The position numbers were made by a program, and so were the translations under genes. Below, in pieces: positions 18,767-27,204 of a stretch of DNA of 30,356 nt. The stretch is from Deltaproteobacteria bacterium TL4. Lineage in GTDB: Bacteria; SAR324; NAC60-12. The DNA is taken from positions 1 to 30,356 of the forward strand of contig JBBCAX010000240.1 of the NCBI GenBank assembly GCA_051382335.1, given 5' to 3'. The notes beneath the pieces are model-generated. The model did not search any database. It was given only the letters and a program-made list of their open reading frames with translations, and was not told the origin of the DNA. Numbering within the stretch: the stretch's first letter is position 1; the number at the start of each line of letters is the position of its first letter.

Positions 18767-18983
18767 GAGCTGTGTAGGTGAGGTATTAGGTGTTAGCGTT
18801 TAGGTCTTAGCTGGTGATTACCTGCTTTCAGAGCAGAGCAAAATTTTAAGAACCTTGTCATGCATAAAGTGTTTTTTTGAGTTTTTCACAAAAAACGTGC
18901 GTTCGTGAACGTAAAAGGGTAGGAAATCACATCAGTGCCAACGGCTAAAAGCTAATACCTAATACCTACCTGCACAGGTGGAA
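18767..18983. mobile_element. MITE-like element, copy B (inverted homolog of 11356-11588)
   Basis: GAGCTGTGTAGGT ... ACCTGCACAGGTGGAA ends. Shared internal blocks include GAGGTATTAG, AGCGTTTAGGT, GAGCAAAA, GTTCGTGA, CACATCA and GGCTAAAAGCTAA. Confidence 0.85.
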
Positions 18984-18990
18984 AGATTTC

Positions 18991-19139
18991 GAGCTGTGCA
19001 GGTGGTTTGAAAATTAACCACGAAAAACACGAAAAACACGAAATAAATGATTTTTTAATAAATGAATTCCTCCGTGAAACCCTATTTTGCAGGTTTTCTT
19101 TCGTGTTTTTCGTGGTTTAAAAAGGTACCTGCACAGCTC
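18991..19139. mobile_element. MITE-like element with the same type of ends as copy B but different inner hairpin
   Basis: Perfect 13-bp TIRs GAGCTGTGCAGGT / ACCTGCACAGCTC enclose AACCACGAAAAACACGAAAAACACGAAA ... TTTCGTGTTTTTCGTGGTT. Confidence 0.85.
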
Positions 19140-19366
19140 AAAAATTTTGTAAAAGAGGAGGATACCTGTGAACTCGCTAAATCCAGGCTTTATTTTGGAA
19201 AGATGTCTTTTATTATGGAACAATAATTGAATTAGGTTCTTTATCTTTTGGGTTCTATTCAATTTTATAATATTTAGGGTAAAATGAAATTGACATAGAG
19301 TGACATTCTATTTATAAGGATCGCAATAAGGTATTCCATCCTATTGATTAGCCGTGAGGTGTTTTT

Positions 19367-20455
19367 GTGACTTCTGATAATAAATACTACTTAGATCCCG
19401 ATTTAATCAAACGTCAGCAGACCGCTATTGAGTACGTTCAAAGTCCGTGTAAGGATACTCTCGGAGTTGTCACTTGGGGAACTCGGGGTTCTAAGGATGT
19501 TTGTGCTCCTAACAAAATGCACTACGGGGGAAATACTACCTGCTTGGAATTGAGAAGTAAACACTTTCATCCGGATATGAAGTTTTATCTGGATGGAGGC
19601 GGGGGAATGCAACCTGCAGGCGAAGCAACCGGACCCTTTATCAGTAATATACTACGAGGAAGTGATCATGCTGTCCTCATTGGTTTTACTCATTATCATT
19701 GGGATCACATTGTTGGATTGCCCTTCACAGGATTTCCTTTTATCAATCAGACATGTCTTTATGTGTTTGGGCCTAAAGGAAGGAATGTCGGTCCCAAAGA
19801 AGCAATTTCTACAGGCTCTTTTCGAAAACCGTTTTTTCCCATTCCATTTCAGCAAATCGGATATCACTTTCAGTTTAAAAATATACCACAATCTACGGCC
19901 TTAGTCGGATTACTACACAAGGACGTACTGGGGATTGAATGGATACCCAAGGTCTCATACAACCAAAAATCAGACAAACCTAAGGCAACCGTAAAAATTC
20001 CACGTGTCCACTATAAAGCCATTCGTCGTGAAAAGTTTATGGTCCCTTTGAGTGAGTGTGTCAAAATATTTATGTACTACACGTTTCATCCAGATACAAC
20101 TATTACCTATGCTTTAGAAATGCCCACTGGGGAGAAATTTGTTTTTTTGACAGATCACGAGCTTCAGGAAAGCGTGTCCCAAGATCTTCTAAATCATGTT
20201 AAGCAGGCCGATTGTTTACTCATCGACTGCCAATACAAGATTGAAGAATACAAAGCGATGTATACGGGTTGGGGCCATGGGTGTGATGAATACGTTGTTA
20301 CCTTATGTGATCTTGCTAAAATAAAAATGGCTCTGCTATGCCATCATGACCCTAAACGTACTGATAGTGGTGTTGATAGCATGATTAATAATGTCGCCTC
20401 AAAATTTTCGAACACAGTTGGAGCAGGAGATTATGGAGTATTAGTTATGAAATAA
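19367..20455 (+). CDS. Metallo-beta-lactamase-fold hydrolase (phosphodiesterase-like subgroup)
   Basis: WGTRGS, YGGNTTCLE, THYHWDHIVGLPF (HxHxDH), FLTDHE, DCQY, GWGH, HHDPKRTD; GAGGT RBS before GTG. Confidence 0.9.
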   Translation: MTSDNKYYLDPDLIKRQQTAIEYVQSPCKDTLGVVTWGTRGSKDVCAPNKMHYGGNTTCLELRSKHFHPDMKFYLDGGGGMQPAGEATGPFISNILRGSDHAVLIGFTHYHWDHIVGLPFTGFPFINQTCLYVFGPKGRNVGPKEAISTGSFRKPFFPIPFQQIGYHFQFKNIPQSTALVGLLHKDVLGIEWIPKVSYNQKSDKPKATVKIPRVHYKAIRREKFMVPLSECVKIFMYYTFHPDTTITYALEMPTGEKFVFLTDHELQESVSQDLLNHVKQADCLLIDCQYKIEEYKAMYTGWGHGCDEYVVTLCDLAKIKMALLCHHDPKRTDSGVDSMINNVASKFSNTVGAGDYGVLVMK

Positions 20456-20574
20456 TAAGAAAACGCCGTATCCTCTTCAAAAATCAGGGGAGTTTGTCAA
20501 TTTCATTAAAATTGTAGCTCTTCGAGATTTCCCGTGGTTTTTTATGGGGTTGGTCATATTTTCGGCCACAAATT

Positions 20575-20617
20575 GTAGGGGCGAACCTGTGTGTTCGCCC
20601 TGATCCCGGGCAGATAC
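20575..20617. repeat. GTAG-family REP with truncated partner arm
   Basis: GTAGGGGCGAACCTGTGTGTTCGCCC followed by GGGCAGATAC. Confidence 0.8.
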
Positions 20618-20757
20618 GGGATAATCCATGATAAAATCAGTGGACTGTTCCGTCTTCCCTCCCTCGCTGATTTGATTCGAAGCAAGAGCATTGCCACCGC
20701 GGATTCTAATATTTGATCTCTGAAAATTTAACTTACCATGAAATTTAAACAGGATCC

Positions 20758-20842
20758 CAAAAATGAATGCTGATTTTTGGGCGGAAACGCTTCGTTTATT
20801 CCGCCCCAGACCTCTTCTCTCCAGCAGGAGCTGCTCTTCTGA
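20758..20842. repeat. 85-bp dispersed repeat, copy 2
   Basis: Inverted near-identical copy of 3006-3090. Confidence 0.92.
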
Positions 20843-20905
20843 GGACTTGATCCAATGGAAATAGATTGAAATACAACGGATTTCCGTTATATTGAGAGTA
20901 TAAAG

Positions 20906-21334
20906 TTATGGAGTTTTAGGTTCAATAACACGACCAAACGTAACTTTATATTTTTCTCCTTTGTGGGATTTATTGCGCTGTTTTGAGGGTTCCGCAAGAA
21001 GTCTGCGTTCTTCTTGTTTTTTCTGTTCCTCAATTTCCAAATCTTTAATTTTTTTAGCTAACAGTTCTTCTTTGATTTTTTTATTTTGAATTTGCCGCTG
21101 TTCTTCTTCTTGAACGCGCTTTAAATCTAAATCCTGTTTGATCAGGAAGCATTGATATTCCTCATTTTTGCTTCCTGGCAGCTCACAGTTGGGGAGCACA
21201 GGTGCATTTTGAGAAAAGGCCTTTATGGGAACAATGAGAAAAAATTCGATCATGAGTAGCGTCACCCCCAGGAAACACGCTCTTTTAAAGGGTCGGCCTT
21301 GCCCATGGGTTCTGATTGCAATAGTAATTTTCAT
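20906..21334 (-). CDS. Putative exported coiled-coil hypothetical protein (start uncertain: 21334 or 21253)
   Basis: Hydrophobic stretch ending in AFS-Q, a Cys pair, then an E/K/Q-rich helix. Confidence 0.6.
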   Translation of the reverse strand: MKITIAIRTHGQGRPFKRACFLGVTLLMIEFFLIVPIKAFSQNAPVLPNCELPGSKNEEYQCFLIKQDLDLKRVQEEEQRQIQNKKIKEELLAKKIKDLEIEEQKKQEERRLLAEPSKQRNKSHKGEKYKVTFGRVIEPKTP

Positions 21335-21713
21335 CAGTTTTCCTTTCTCTCTCCACAGTGCACCACCGAGTAAAACGCAAAAAGCGATATCGAAAGAAGT
21401 TCTTCGCCTGGCGACACAAAGTCCTGATCCTCATAAGGCGCAGGCTAATGCAAATATTGCCAAAGGAGTTCAAAAGCTTGCTCAAGAAGATGTAACCAAG
21501 AAAGCTCCAGAACTCACCGAAAAAAACCGTGAAGCTGTTCATCAAAAAAATAGCCGTGACTTTGAGGAGCAACAAGCTAAATATGAAAAAGAAATTCAAG
21601 CACAATATTATAAGTTTATGAGTGATGCCCAAAAAAATCTCCCTCAACGAACAAAACATCACGATTATAGCGCAATTAATCAAAGTTTTAAACCCATCAC
21701 TCGAAAACGATGA
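21234..21713 (+). CDS. Putative exported helical hypothetical protein (start uncertain: 21225, 21234 or 21252)
   Basis: Hydrophobic WVLIAIVIFISFPFSLHSA followed by a charged helical region; co-oriented upstream of mnmA. Confidence 0.6.
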   Translation: MRKNSIMSSVTPRKHALLKGRPCPWVLIAIVIFISFPFSLHSAPPSKTQKAISKEVLRLATQSPDPHKAQANANIAKGVQKLAQEDVTKKAPELTEKNREAVHQKNSRDFEEQQAKYEKEIQAQYYKFMSDAQKNLPQRTKHHDYSAINQSFKPITRKR

Positions 21714-21774
21714 TAAAAAATTTATTTTTTACGGACTTAACGTCAAAATTCTAAACCACTGATCTGCTATAAAA

Positions 21775-22872
21775 ATGAAAAACCGTGTTGCAATGGCAAT
21801 GAGTGGAGGGGTGGATTCTTCTGTGGCTGCCGCGTTACTGAAACAGCAAGGCTTTGAGGTCATTGGACTACATATGAAACTCTATCATGGTCCAGTAGAG
21901 GACATTCGAAGTAAAAGCTGCTGCTCTTTAGATGAAGCCTTAGATGCCAGAACCATCTGCAGCCGTCTGGAAATTCCGTTTTATGTGATTGATTTTCAGG
22001 AAGAATTTCAAGAAAATGTCATTCAATATTTTATCCGTGAATATAGTCAAGGGAGAACGCCTAATCCCTGCGTTATGTGCAATAAAAACATCAAAAGTAA
22101 ATTCCTTCTGGAAAAAGCGGAGGAACTTGAATGTGACTATCTTGCGACCGGTCACTATGCGCGGATTCAACGTTGTCCCTCAACCCGGCGACTCCAACTC
22201 TGCAAACCTGCAGATTTGAGTAAGGATCAAACGTATTTCCTGTTTGGCCTCCCCTCCAAAGAACTGGACCGTTTTCTCTTTCCTTTATCGGACTATGTTA
22301 AATCAAACGTTCGTCAAATTGCCGCAGATATTGGATTTGCCTCAGCCAACAAACCCGATAGTCAGGAAATCTGCTTTGTTCCGAATGATTACCGCGAATT
22401 TCTAAGTCAACAGATGCCTTCTGCGCCTATTCCCGGTGAATTCATCAATGTGTCAGGACAGGTTATAGGACAACACCAAGGTCTGCCTTTTTATACGATT
22501 GGACAACGTCGGGGATTGGGTTTAAGTCGAAATGAACCTTACTATGTCATCCGTCTTGATCAGCAAAAAAATCAAATAGTTGTCGGCGATGAAAGCGATC
22601 TCTATGCTAAAACCGTGTGGGTTTCCAATCCTAATTGGCTTTCCATAGATCCTATTCAAGCTCCTGTCAAGGCAACGGTCAAACTGCGTTCCGCTCATCG
22701 AGGTGCTCCAGCAACGCTATTTCCTACAGCACAAGGTGAAATACGCATTGAGTTAGAAACTCCCGAACGAGCGGTGACTCCTGGTCAAGCCGCGGTGTTT
22801 TATCAGGAGGCTATTTTATTGGGTGGTGGATGGATTGAAAATATAGAATTTTCTGAAAGAACGGAAGTATGA
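21775..22872 (+). CDS. mnmA: tRNA-specific 2-thiouridylase MnmA
   Basis: AMSGGVDSSV, GRTPNPCVMCN, ATGHYAR, KDQTYFL, DSQEICF, TIGQRRGL, TPGQAAVFY. Confidence 0.98.
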   Translation: MKNRVAMAMSGGVDSSVAAALLKQQGFEVIGLHMKLYHGPVEDIRSKSCCSLDEALDARTICSRLEIPFYVIDFQEEFQENVIQYFIREYSQGRTPNPCVMCNKNIKSKFLLEKAEELECDYLATGHYARIQRCPSTRRLQLCKPADLSKDQTYFLFGLPSKELDRFLFPLSDYVKSNVRQIAADIGFASANKPDSQEICFVPNDYREFLSQQMPSAPIPGEFINVSGQVIGQHQGLPFYTIGQRRGLGLSRNEPYYVIRLDQQKNQIVVGDESDLYAKTVWVSNPNWLSIDPIQAPVKATVKLRSAHRGAPATLFPTAQGEIRIELETPERAVTPGQAAVFYQEAILLGGGWIENIEFSERTEV

Positions 22873-23390
22873 ATATTGTCCTGATTGGTTTTATGGGTGT
22901 GGGGAAAACAACTATAGGGCGCAAGCTTGCCCGGCGATTGGGATATTATTTTCTCGATATGGATCATCAGATTGAACAGGAACAAGGTTGCAGTATTGCC
23001 GAAATCTTTGATTATGCGGGTGAATCGTGTTTCCGTAATTTGGAGACACAACTACTACAACGTTTGATCTCTGTCCACAATACCGTCCTTTCTACAGGGG
23101 GAGGCATTATCACCACTGAAGGCAATATCCAATTAATGAAAAAAATAGGAAAACTGGTTTATCTTAAAGCACCTGTTGAGGTCATCCTGGCTCGTTTGGA
23201 AAATGACACAAAACGTCCCCTTTTACGTACCGAAAATGCTGAAGAAAAAATCAGAACCTTGCTTGAGAAAAGAAGTCCTCTCTATGCTCAGGCCGACTAC
23301 GTTTTTGAGTCGGATCAGACCCCCATCCCTATGATCATCACTCAAATCATTCTGGCGATTACCGCAGTCGACACTGTTTCTGAAAAGTGA
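22869..23390 (+). CDS. aroK: Shikimate kinase
   Basis: NIVLIGFMGVGKTTIG, GE..FR..E, STGGG, RPLL, R.PLY; ATGA overlap with mnmA. Confidence 0.96.
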   Translation: MNIVLIGFMGVGKTTIGRKLARRLGYYFLDMDHQIEQEQGCSIAEIFDYAGESCFRNLETQLLQRLISVHNTVLSTGGGIITTEGNIQLMKKIGKLVYLKAPVEVILARLENDTKRPLLRTENAEEKIRTLLEKRSPLYAQADYVFESDQTPIPMIITQIILAITAVDTVSEK

Positions 23391-23410
23391 AATTACGGAG
23401 CACCCCTGCT

Positions 23411-23465
23411 ACGAAGGAACACCAAGCAACGCAGAAAAAAATCTTGGTGTCCCCTGGTTTTTCGT
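23411..23465. repeat. Imperfect palindrome between convergent aroK and asd
   Basis: ACACCAAG (23419-23426) / CTTGGTGT (23443-23450) stem with outer ACGAA/TTCGT; may be a degenerate repeat or a terminator. Confidence 0.4.
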
Positions 23466-23531
23466 CCATTAGCGATTTTCATAGGCAGAGGCCCACAGGC
23501 AATCCTTTAGTGATTCATGTTCCAGGGTTGC

Positions 23532-24530
23532 TTATCCATTCAAAAGCTCTGCGATCTGGATGGCATTGAGTGCCGCGCCTTTGTAAAGCTGGTCAGCAAC
23601 TACCCAAAAGGCCAAACCATTGGGACAGGAAACATCTTCACGAATCCGCCCAACATAGGTATCGAAAGTTTCAGCGACATCCCATGGCACGGGATACCCT
23701 CCAGGGCCTCGAATATCCTTAACCACAATTCCTGGTGCTTTTTCAAGCAGACTTCTGGCCTCGGCCACACTTAATTTTTTTTCTGTTTCAATATGGATCG
23801 CTTCCGAATGTGCTCGCAAAACAGGAACACGCACACAGGTTGCGGAAACTTGCATCTCCGGAGCCGACATGATTTTGCGCGTCTCATAAACCATTTTCAT
23901 TTCTTCCTTGGTATAGCCATTGTCCAGAAAAACATCAATGTGAGGAAAGACGTTGAACGCAATCTGAACCGGAAAAACATGAGGAATCATCGGTTCTTTT
24001 TGGGTATAAGCATGAATTTGATCAATTAACTCCTGCATTGCGGCGGCTCCTGCACCGGAAACCGCTTGATAGCTGGAAACCACCACCCGTTTGATTTTTG
24101 CGGCTTTATGTAAAGGATTTAAGGCCACCACCATTTGGATTGTGGAACAATTGGGATTGGCAATAATTCCCTTGTGCTTAAAGGCCATTTCGGGATTGAC
24201 TTCAGGGACCACCAGAGGCACCCCCTCCTCCATACGAAATGCACTACTGTTATCAATGACCAAAGCCCCGGATTTCACAGCATGAGGCGCAAACACCTTG
24301 CTCCGATCACCACCTGCGGAAAAAAGGGCAAGATCTACATCATGAAAAGAATTAGAAGTGAGTTCCTCAACAATCAATTTTTCACCTTTAAAGACAATCT
24401 CTTTTCCCGCAGAACGTGCAGACGCCAATAATTTGAGACTTCTCATGGGATAATGACGGGAATCCAGCAGCTTTAAAAATTCGACACCCACGGCCCCCGT
24501 TGCGCCTACAACGGCAACTCTTTGACTCAT
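23532..24530 (-). CDS. asd: Aspartate-semialdehyde dehydrogenase
   Basis: VAVVGATGAVG, IDNSSAFRM, NPNCST, YQAVSGAG, CVRVPVLRAHSE, KGAALNAIQ; AGGAG RBS before ATG 24530 (the ORF-track start at 24686 is too long). Confidence 0.98.
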   Translation of the reverse strand: MSQRVAVVGATGAVGVEFLKLLDSRHYPMRSLKLLASARSAGKEIVFKGEKLIVEELTSNSFHDVDLALFSAGGDRSKVFAPHAVKSGALVIDNSSAFRMEEGVPLVVPEVNPEMAFKHKGIIANPNCSTIQMVVALNPLHKAAKIKRVVVSSYQAVSGAGAAAMQELIDQIHAYTQKEPMIPHVFPVQIAFNVFPHIDVFLDNGYTKEEMKMVYETRKIMSAPEMQVSATCVRVPVLRAHSEAIHIETEKKLSVAEARSLLEKAPGIVVKDIRGPGGYPVPWDVAETFDTYVGRIREDVSCPNGLAFWVVADQLYKGAALNAIQIAELLNG

Positions 24531-24578
24531 TTGTTCTCCTTTGTTTCTCATTGTTTTCTGTTTTTGAGACCACGCTAA

Positions 24579-24616
24579 GGGACCCAGAAAATTTATTCTG
24601 TTTTTTCTGGGTTCCC
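24579..24616. other. Stem-loop in the asd leader
   Basis: GGGACCCAGAAAA ... TTTTCTGGGTTCCC. Confidence 0.5.
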
Positions 24617-24814
24617 ATTGAATTTTTGCATGGCGGTATTTACCACAATGTGTGCTTTTTGGCAATGGACATCTTACAGCAAGCAATACAATTTACCTAT
24701 TGTAACTCGACAGTCGCCAGTTCTCGACGAATTTTGATTAAATTTTATAAAGAGCATTCAATCTTAGTTGATGAAACTAACTGCCAGTTGCAAGAAAATC
24801 TTTGAAGGATCACC

Positions 24815-27040
24815 TCATTTCTGGTCTAGGCCCCATGCCCCATCCCAGTCTTCAGGAGGAGGGTTTTCCTGGTAAAACCGGCAGCGCTGAATATGCTGTT
24901 GGGCCACAACATCCTCCGGAAAAATCTGAAGCGCCTTTTCAAACAGGCTGATCGCTGCCTGCCATTCACAGTTCTGAATCGTCAGCAAACCTTTACGTAT
25001 CCAATGTGCTGAGCGTTTTTTTAAATGCTGTCTTTCCGGAGGATCATTGTCAAAAATCTCATAAACCCCAACGGGCTGCCGACGCCCATTGACTCGCACC
25101 AGATCCAGTTCCCTGAATTGATAATTCCAACTATTGTTCAACAGGCTGATGATCTCATAACTGATGAGGATTGCTCCATTGTATTGTTTGGATAACGCTT
25201 CCAGACATACGGCCAGATTGACAGTGTCTCCAAGTACAGTGGTATCCATACGACTTTGAGTTCCCACGGTTCCAATCACCACATTTCCGATGTGAATGCC
25301 AATTCCCGTTTGAATCGGGCTGTATCCCGTTTTCATCCGGTGCTGGTTGTACACAGTCAACGCATTTTGCATTCCTATCGCGGCGTCCACAGCGCAGGCC
25401 GCTTTCACCAGCTCAGAGGCGTCAGGAATATCAAACACCGCCATGATCGCGTCACCGATAAACTTGTCAATGAAACCCAGGTTCTGCTCAATCGGAATAC
25501 TCACTCTGCGGAAATAGGCGTTCAGAAAATTCAGAACCTCCTGAGGTTCCATGTTTTCAGATAAGGTGGTGAAACTGCGAATGTCAGAAAACAGGATGGT
25601 CACCACAGCACTTTCCGCTTTTCCCAGTTCAAAATGATTCACCTCACCAGTCTCTATCCTCTTAAGAAACTGTAGGGGGACAAACTTCTCAAATTCACTT
25701 TTTTGAATGCGGGTACGCTGAAGTTCTTTATTTCGGAGTTCCAGTTGCAAAGTACGCTCCGTTACCTTATTTTCCAAATGGTCAGTGAGTCGTGCTACCT
25801 GAAAAAACGCATTGGAAAACCGGATGGAGAGCATCACGGATTGCGCAAAAAGGAATCCGACCAGACCATACGAGATCATAAATTGTGTCTGAATGAGCTG
25901 TTTCGCATACAAAATATCGTTGATGATGGTAATCGCGAAAATGAGAAATCCGGCCAGAAACCAACGGCTGCTCTCCTCTTTTTTTCGACAGGCAAGGGCT
26001 ACGCCGATGATGACATAAAGCACCATAAACAGGGTAAGCAGTTGATAGGCGTAGAGCGAATAGGTGTAAATCCAGGAGGGAGTCAGGATCACCAACAGGG
26101 AGCACAACACACCGATTCCGCAAATCGGCCAGACGACTTTGTTGGAAAACTGTCTTGGAAAAATACTTTGACCAAAAAGAACAAAAACAAAGGCGCCCAT
26201 GTAAAAAGTCAATAATTCAAGTTTGTGACACAACCACCATAAATTTTCCGCAAAATACTCATAGAGATATTTTTCACTCGTTAACAAAGTTCTTAAAGCA
26301 ATGATCAGACAATAGAGTCCAAAGAACAGAGCCGATTTATCAGAGGGTCGAATCAAAAACAATCCCAAGTGATAGATCCCCATGATGAAAATACAGCCAA
26401 ACAGCAGCCATTCCAGACGATCCGACAGGTTTTGTTCCTCCTCAATACGTGCGGGAATATCCAAAATCAACGAATGCCACGGTCCTCCTGATCGACCATA
26501 GAAATTCGAAACTCGAAGCACGAGGGTCCATTGAGGGTTACGTTGCTTGATCCTGACTCTTGTGGGACGATAGGAAGGCTGCATGGAATCCCGTGAGGTC
26601 CCGATGTTTCCATTGGACGCAATTATTTTTCCGTTGAGTTCCAAGTTATAGGCGGTTCCCATTTCCGGGACTTTAAGTGCCAAGTTTGGTGCGGATTCAT
26701 TCAACAGCACCGTCAAACGATACGTTGCGTAGCCTTCCGCCCCAACCGCCTTGTGATCCACTTCGATAGCATTCCATTCCCCGGGAACTTTGGCATAGGT
26801 ATCCGGTGTCAGCAAGGGGTTGGAATCGAAATCCGAACCGTTTAAGAACCGTTTCCAGTAAAAGCCCCATTCGCCATCCAGTGTCACAAGGCCCTCGGTT
26901 TCAAAATTCCAGTTCCGCAAATCCAGCTCCCCTTGCACCGCCTGAGGAGGTGTTTTATGTGGAATCTCTGTATTCTGGCAGCCTATCAGAACGCCTAAGA
27001 CAAGGATTCCGTAAATGATTTTATAACCAGAGGCCAGCAT
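24815..27040 (-). CDS. 7TM-DISM receptor / class III adenylate-guanylate cyclase / TPR protein, paralog A (degenerate active site)
   Basis: AVQGELDLRNWNF..G.V.LDGEW.FYW extracellular DISM domain; about 7 TM helices; FSDIRSFT, DKFIGDAIMA, GDTVNLAVCLE, RVNGR; C-terminal TPR-like helix and DWDG. Confidence 0.93.
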   Translation of the reverse strand: MLASGYKIIYGILVLGVLIGCQNTEIPHKTPPQAVQGELDLRNWNFETEGLVTLDGEWGFYWKRFLNGSDFDSNPLLTPDTYAKVPGEWNAIEVDHKAVGAEGYATYRLTVLLNESAPNLALKVPEMGTAYNLELNGKIIASNGNIGTSRDSMQPSYRPTRVRIKQRNPQWTLVLRVSNFYGRSGGPWHSLILDIPARIEEEQNLSDRLEWLLFGCIFIMGIYHLGLFLIRPSDKSALFFGLYCLIIALRTLLTSEKYLYEYFAENLWWLCHKLELLTFYMGAFVFVLFGQSIFPRQFSNKVVWPICGIGVLCSLLVILTPSWIYTYSLYAYQLLTLFMVLYVIIGVALACRKKEESSRWFLAGFLIFAITIINDILYAKQLIQTQFMISYGLVGFLFAQSVMLSIRFSNAFFQVARLTDHLENKVTERTLQLELRNKELQRTRIQKSEFEKFVPLQFLKRIETGEVNHFELGKAESAVVTILFSDIRSFTTLSENMEPQEVLNFLNAYFRRVSIPIEQNLGFIDKFIGDAIMAVFDIPDASELVKAACAVDAAIGMQNALTVYNQHRMKTGYSPIQTGIGIHIGNVVIGTVGTQSRMDTTVLGDTVNLAVCLEALSKQYNGAILISYEIISLLNNSWNYQFRELDLVRVNGRRQPVGVYEIFDNDPPERQHLKKRSAHWIRKGLLTIQNCEWQAAISLFEKALQIFPEDVVAQQHIQRCRFYQENPPPEDWDGAWGLDQK

Positions 27041-27204
27041 GATTGGACTTTCAAAATGATTAGTGACTCGTCAGCGAGATTATAAAAAAAAAGACTCATG
27101 GATTTACACGGATAAACTGGATAAAAAAGAAGTTCCAAGAAGTGTACCGTATTTTGCTCAATCGCTCATCACAAGTGAGAATGCGATAAATAATAATAAA
27201 ACAC

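Noticed and set aside
18757..19139. CRISPR array
   Set aside because: Only two direct repeats, spaced 224 bp apart, and no cas genes.
19014..19262. 82-aa ORF ending FRVFRVFRG
   Set aside because: Translation of the palindromic repeat, not a credible gene.
21285..21683. 132-aa hydrophobic minus-strand ORF
   Set aside because: Typical antisense reading of a Lys/Glu/Gln-rich plus-strand gene.
24531..24686. Extended 384-aa Asd N-terminus
   Set aside because: Homology and the RBS point to ATG 24530.
24531..24814. Lysine riboswitch upstream of asd
   Set aside because: No recognisable L-box consensus; only a single stem-loop.
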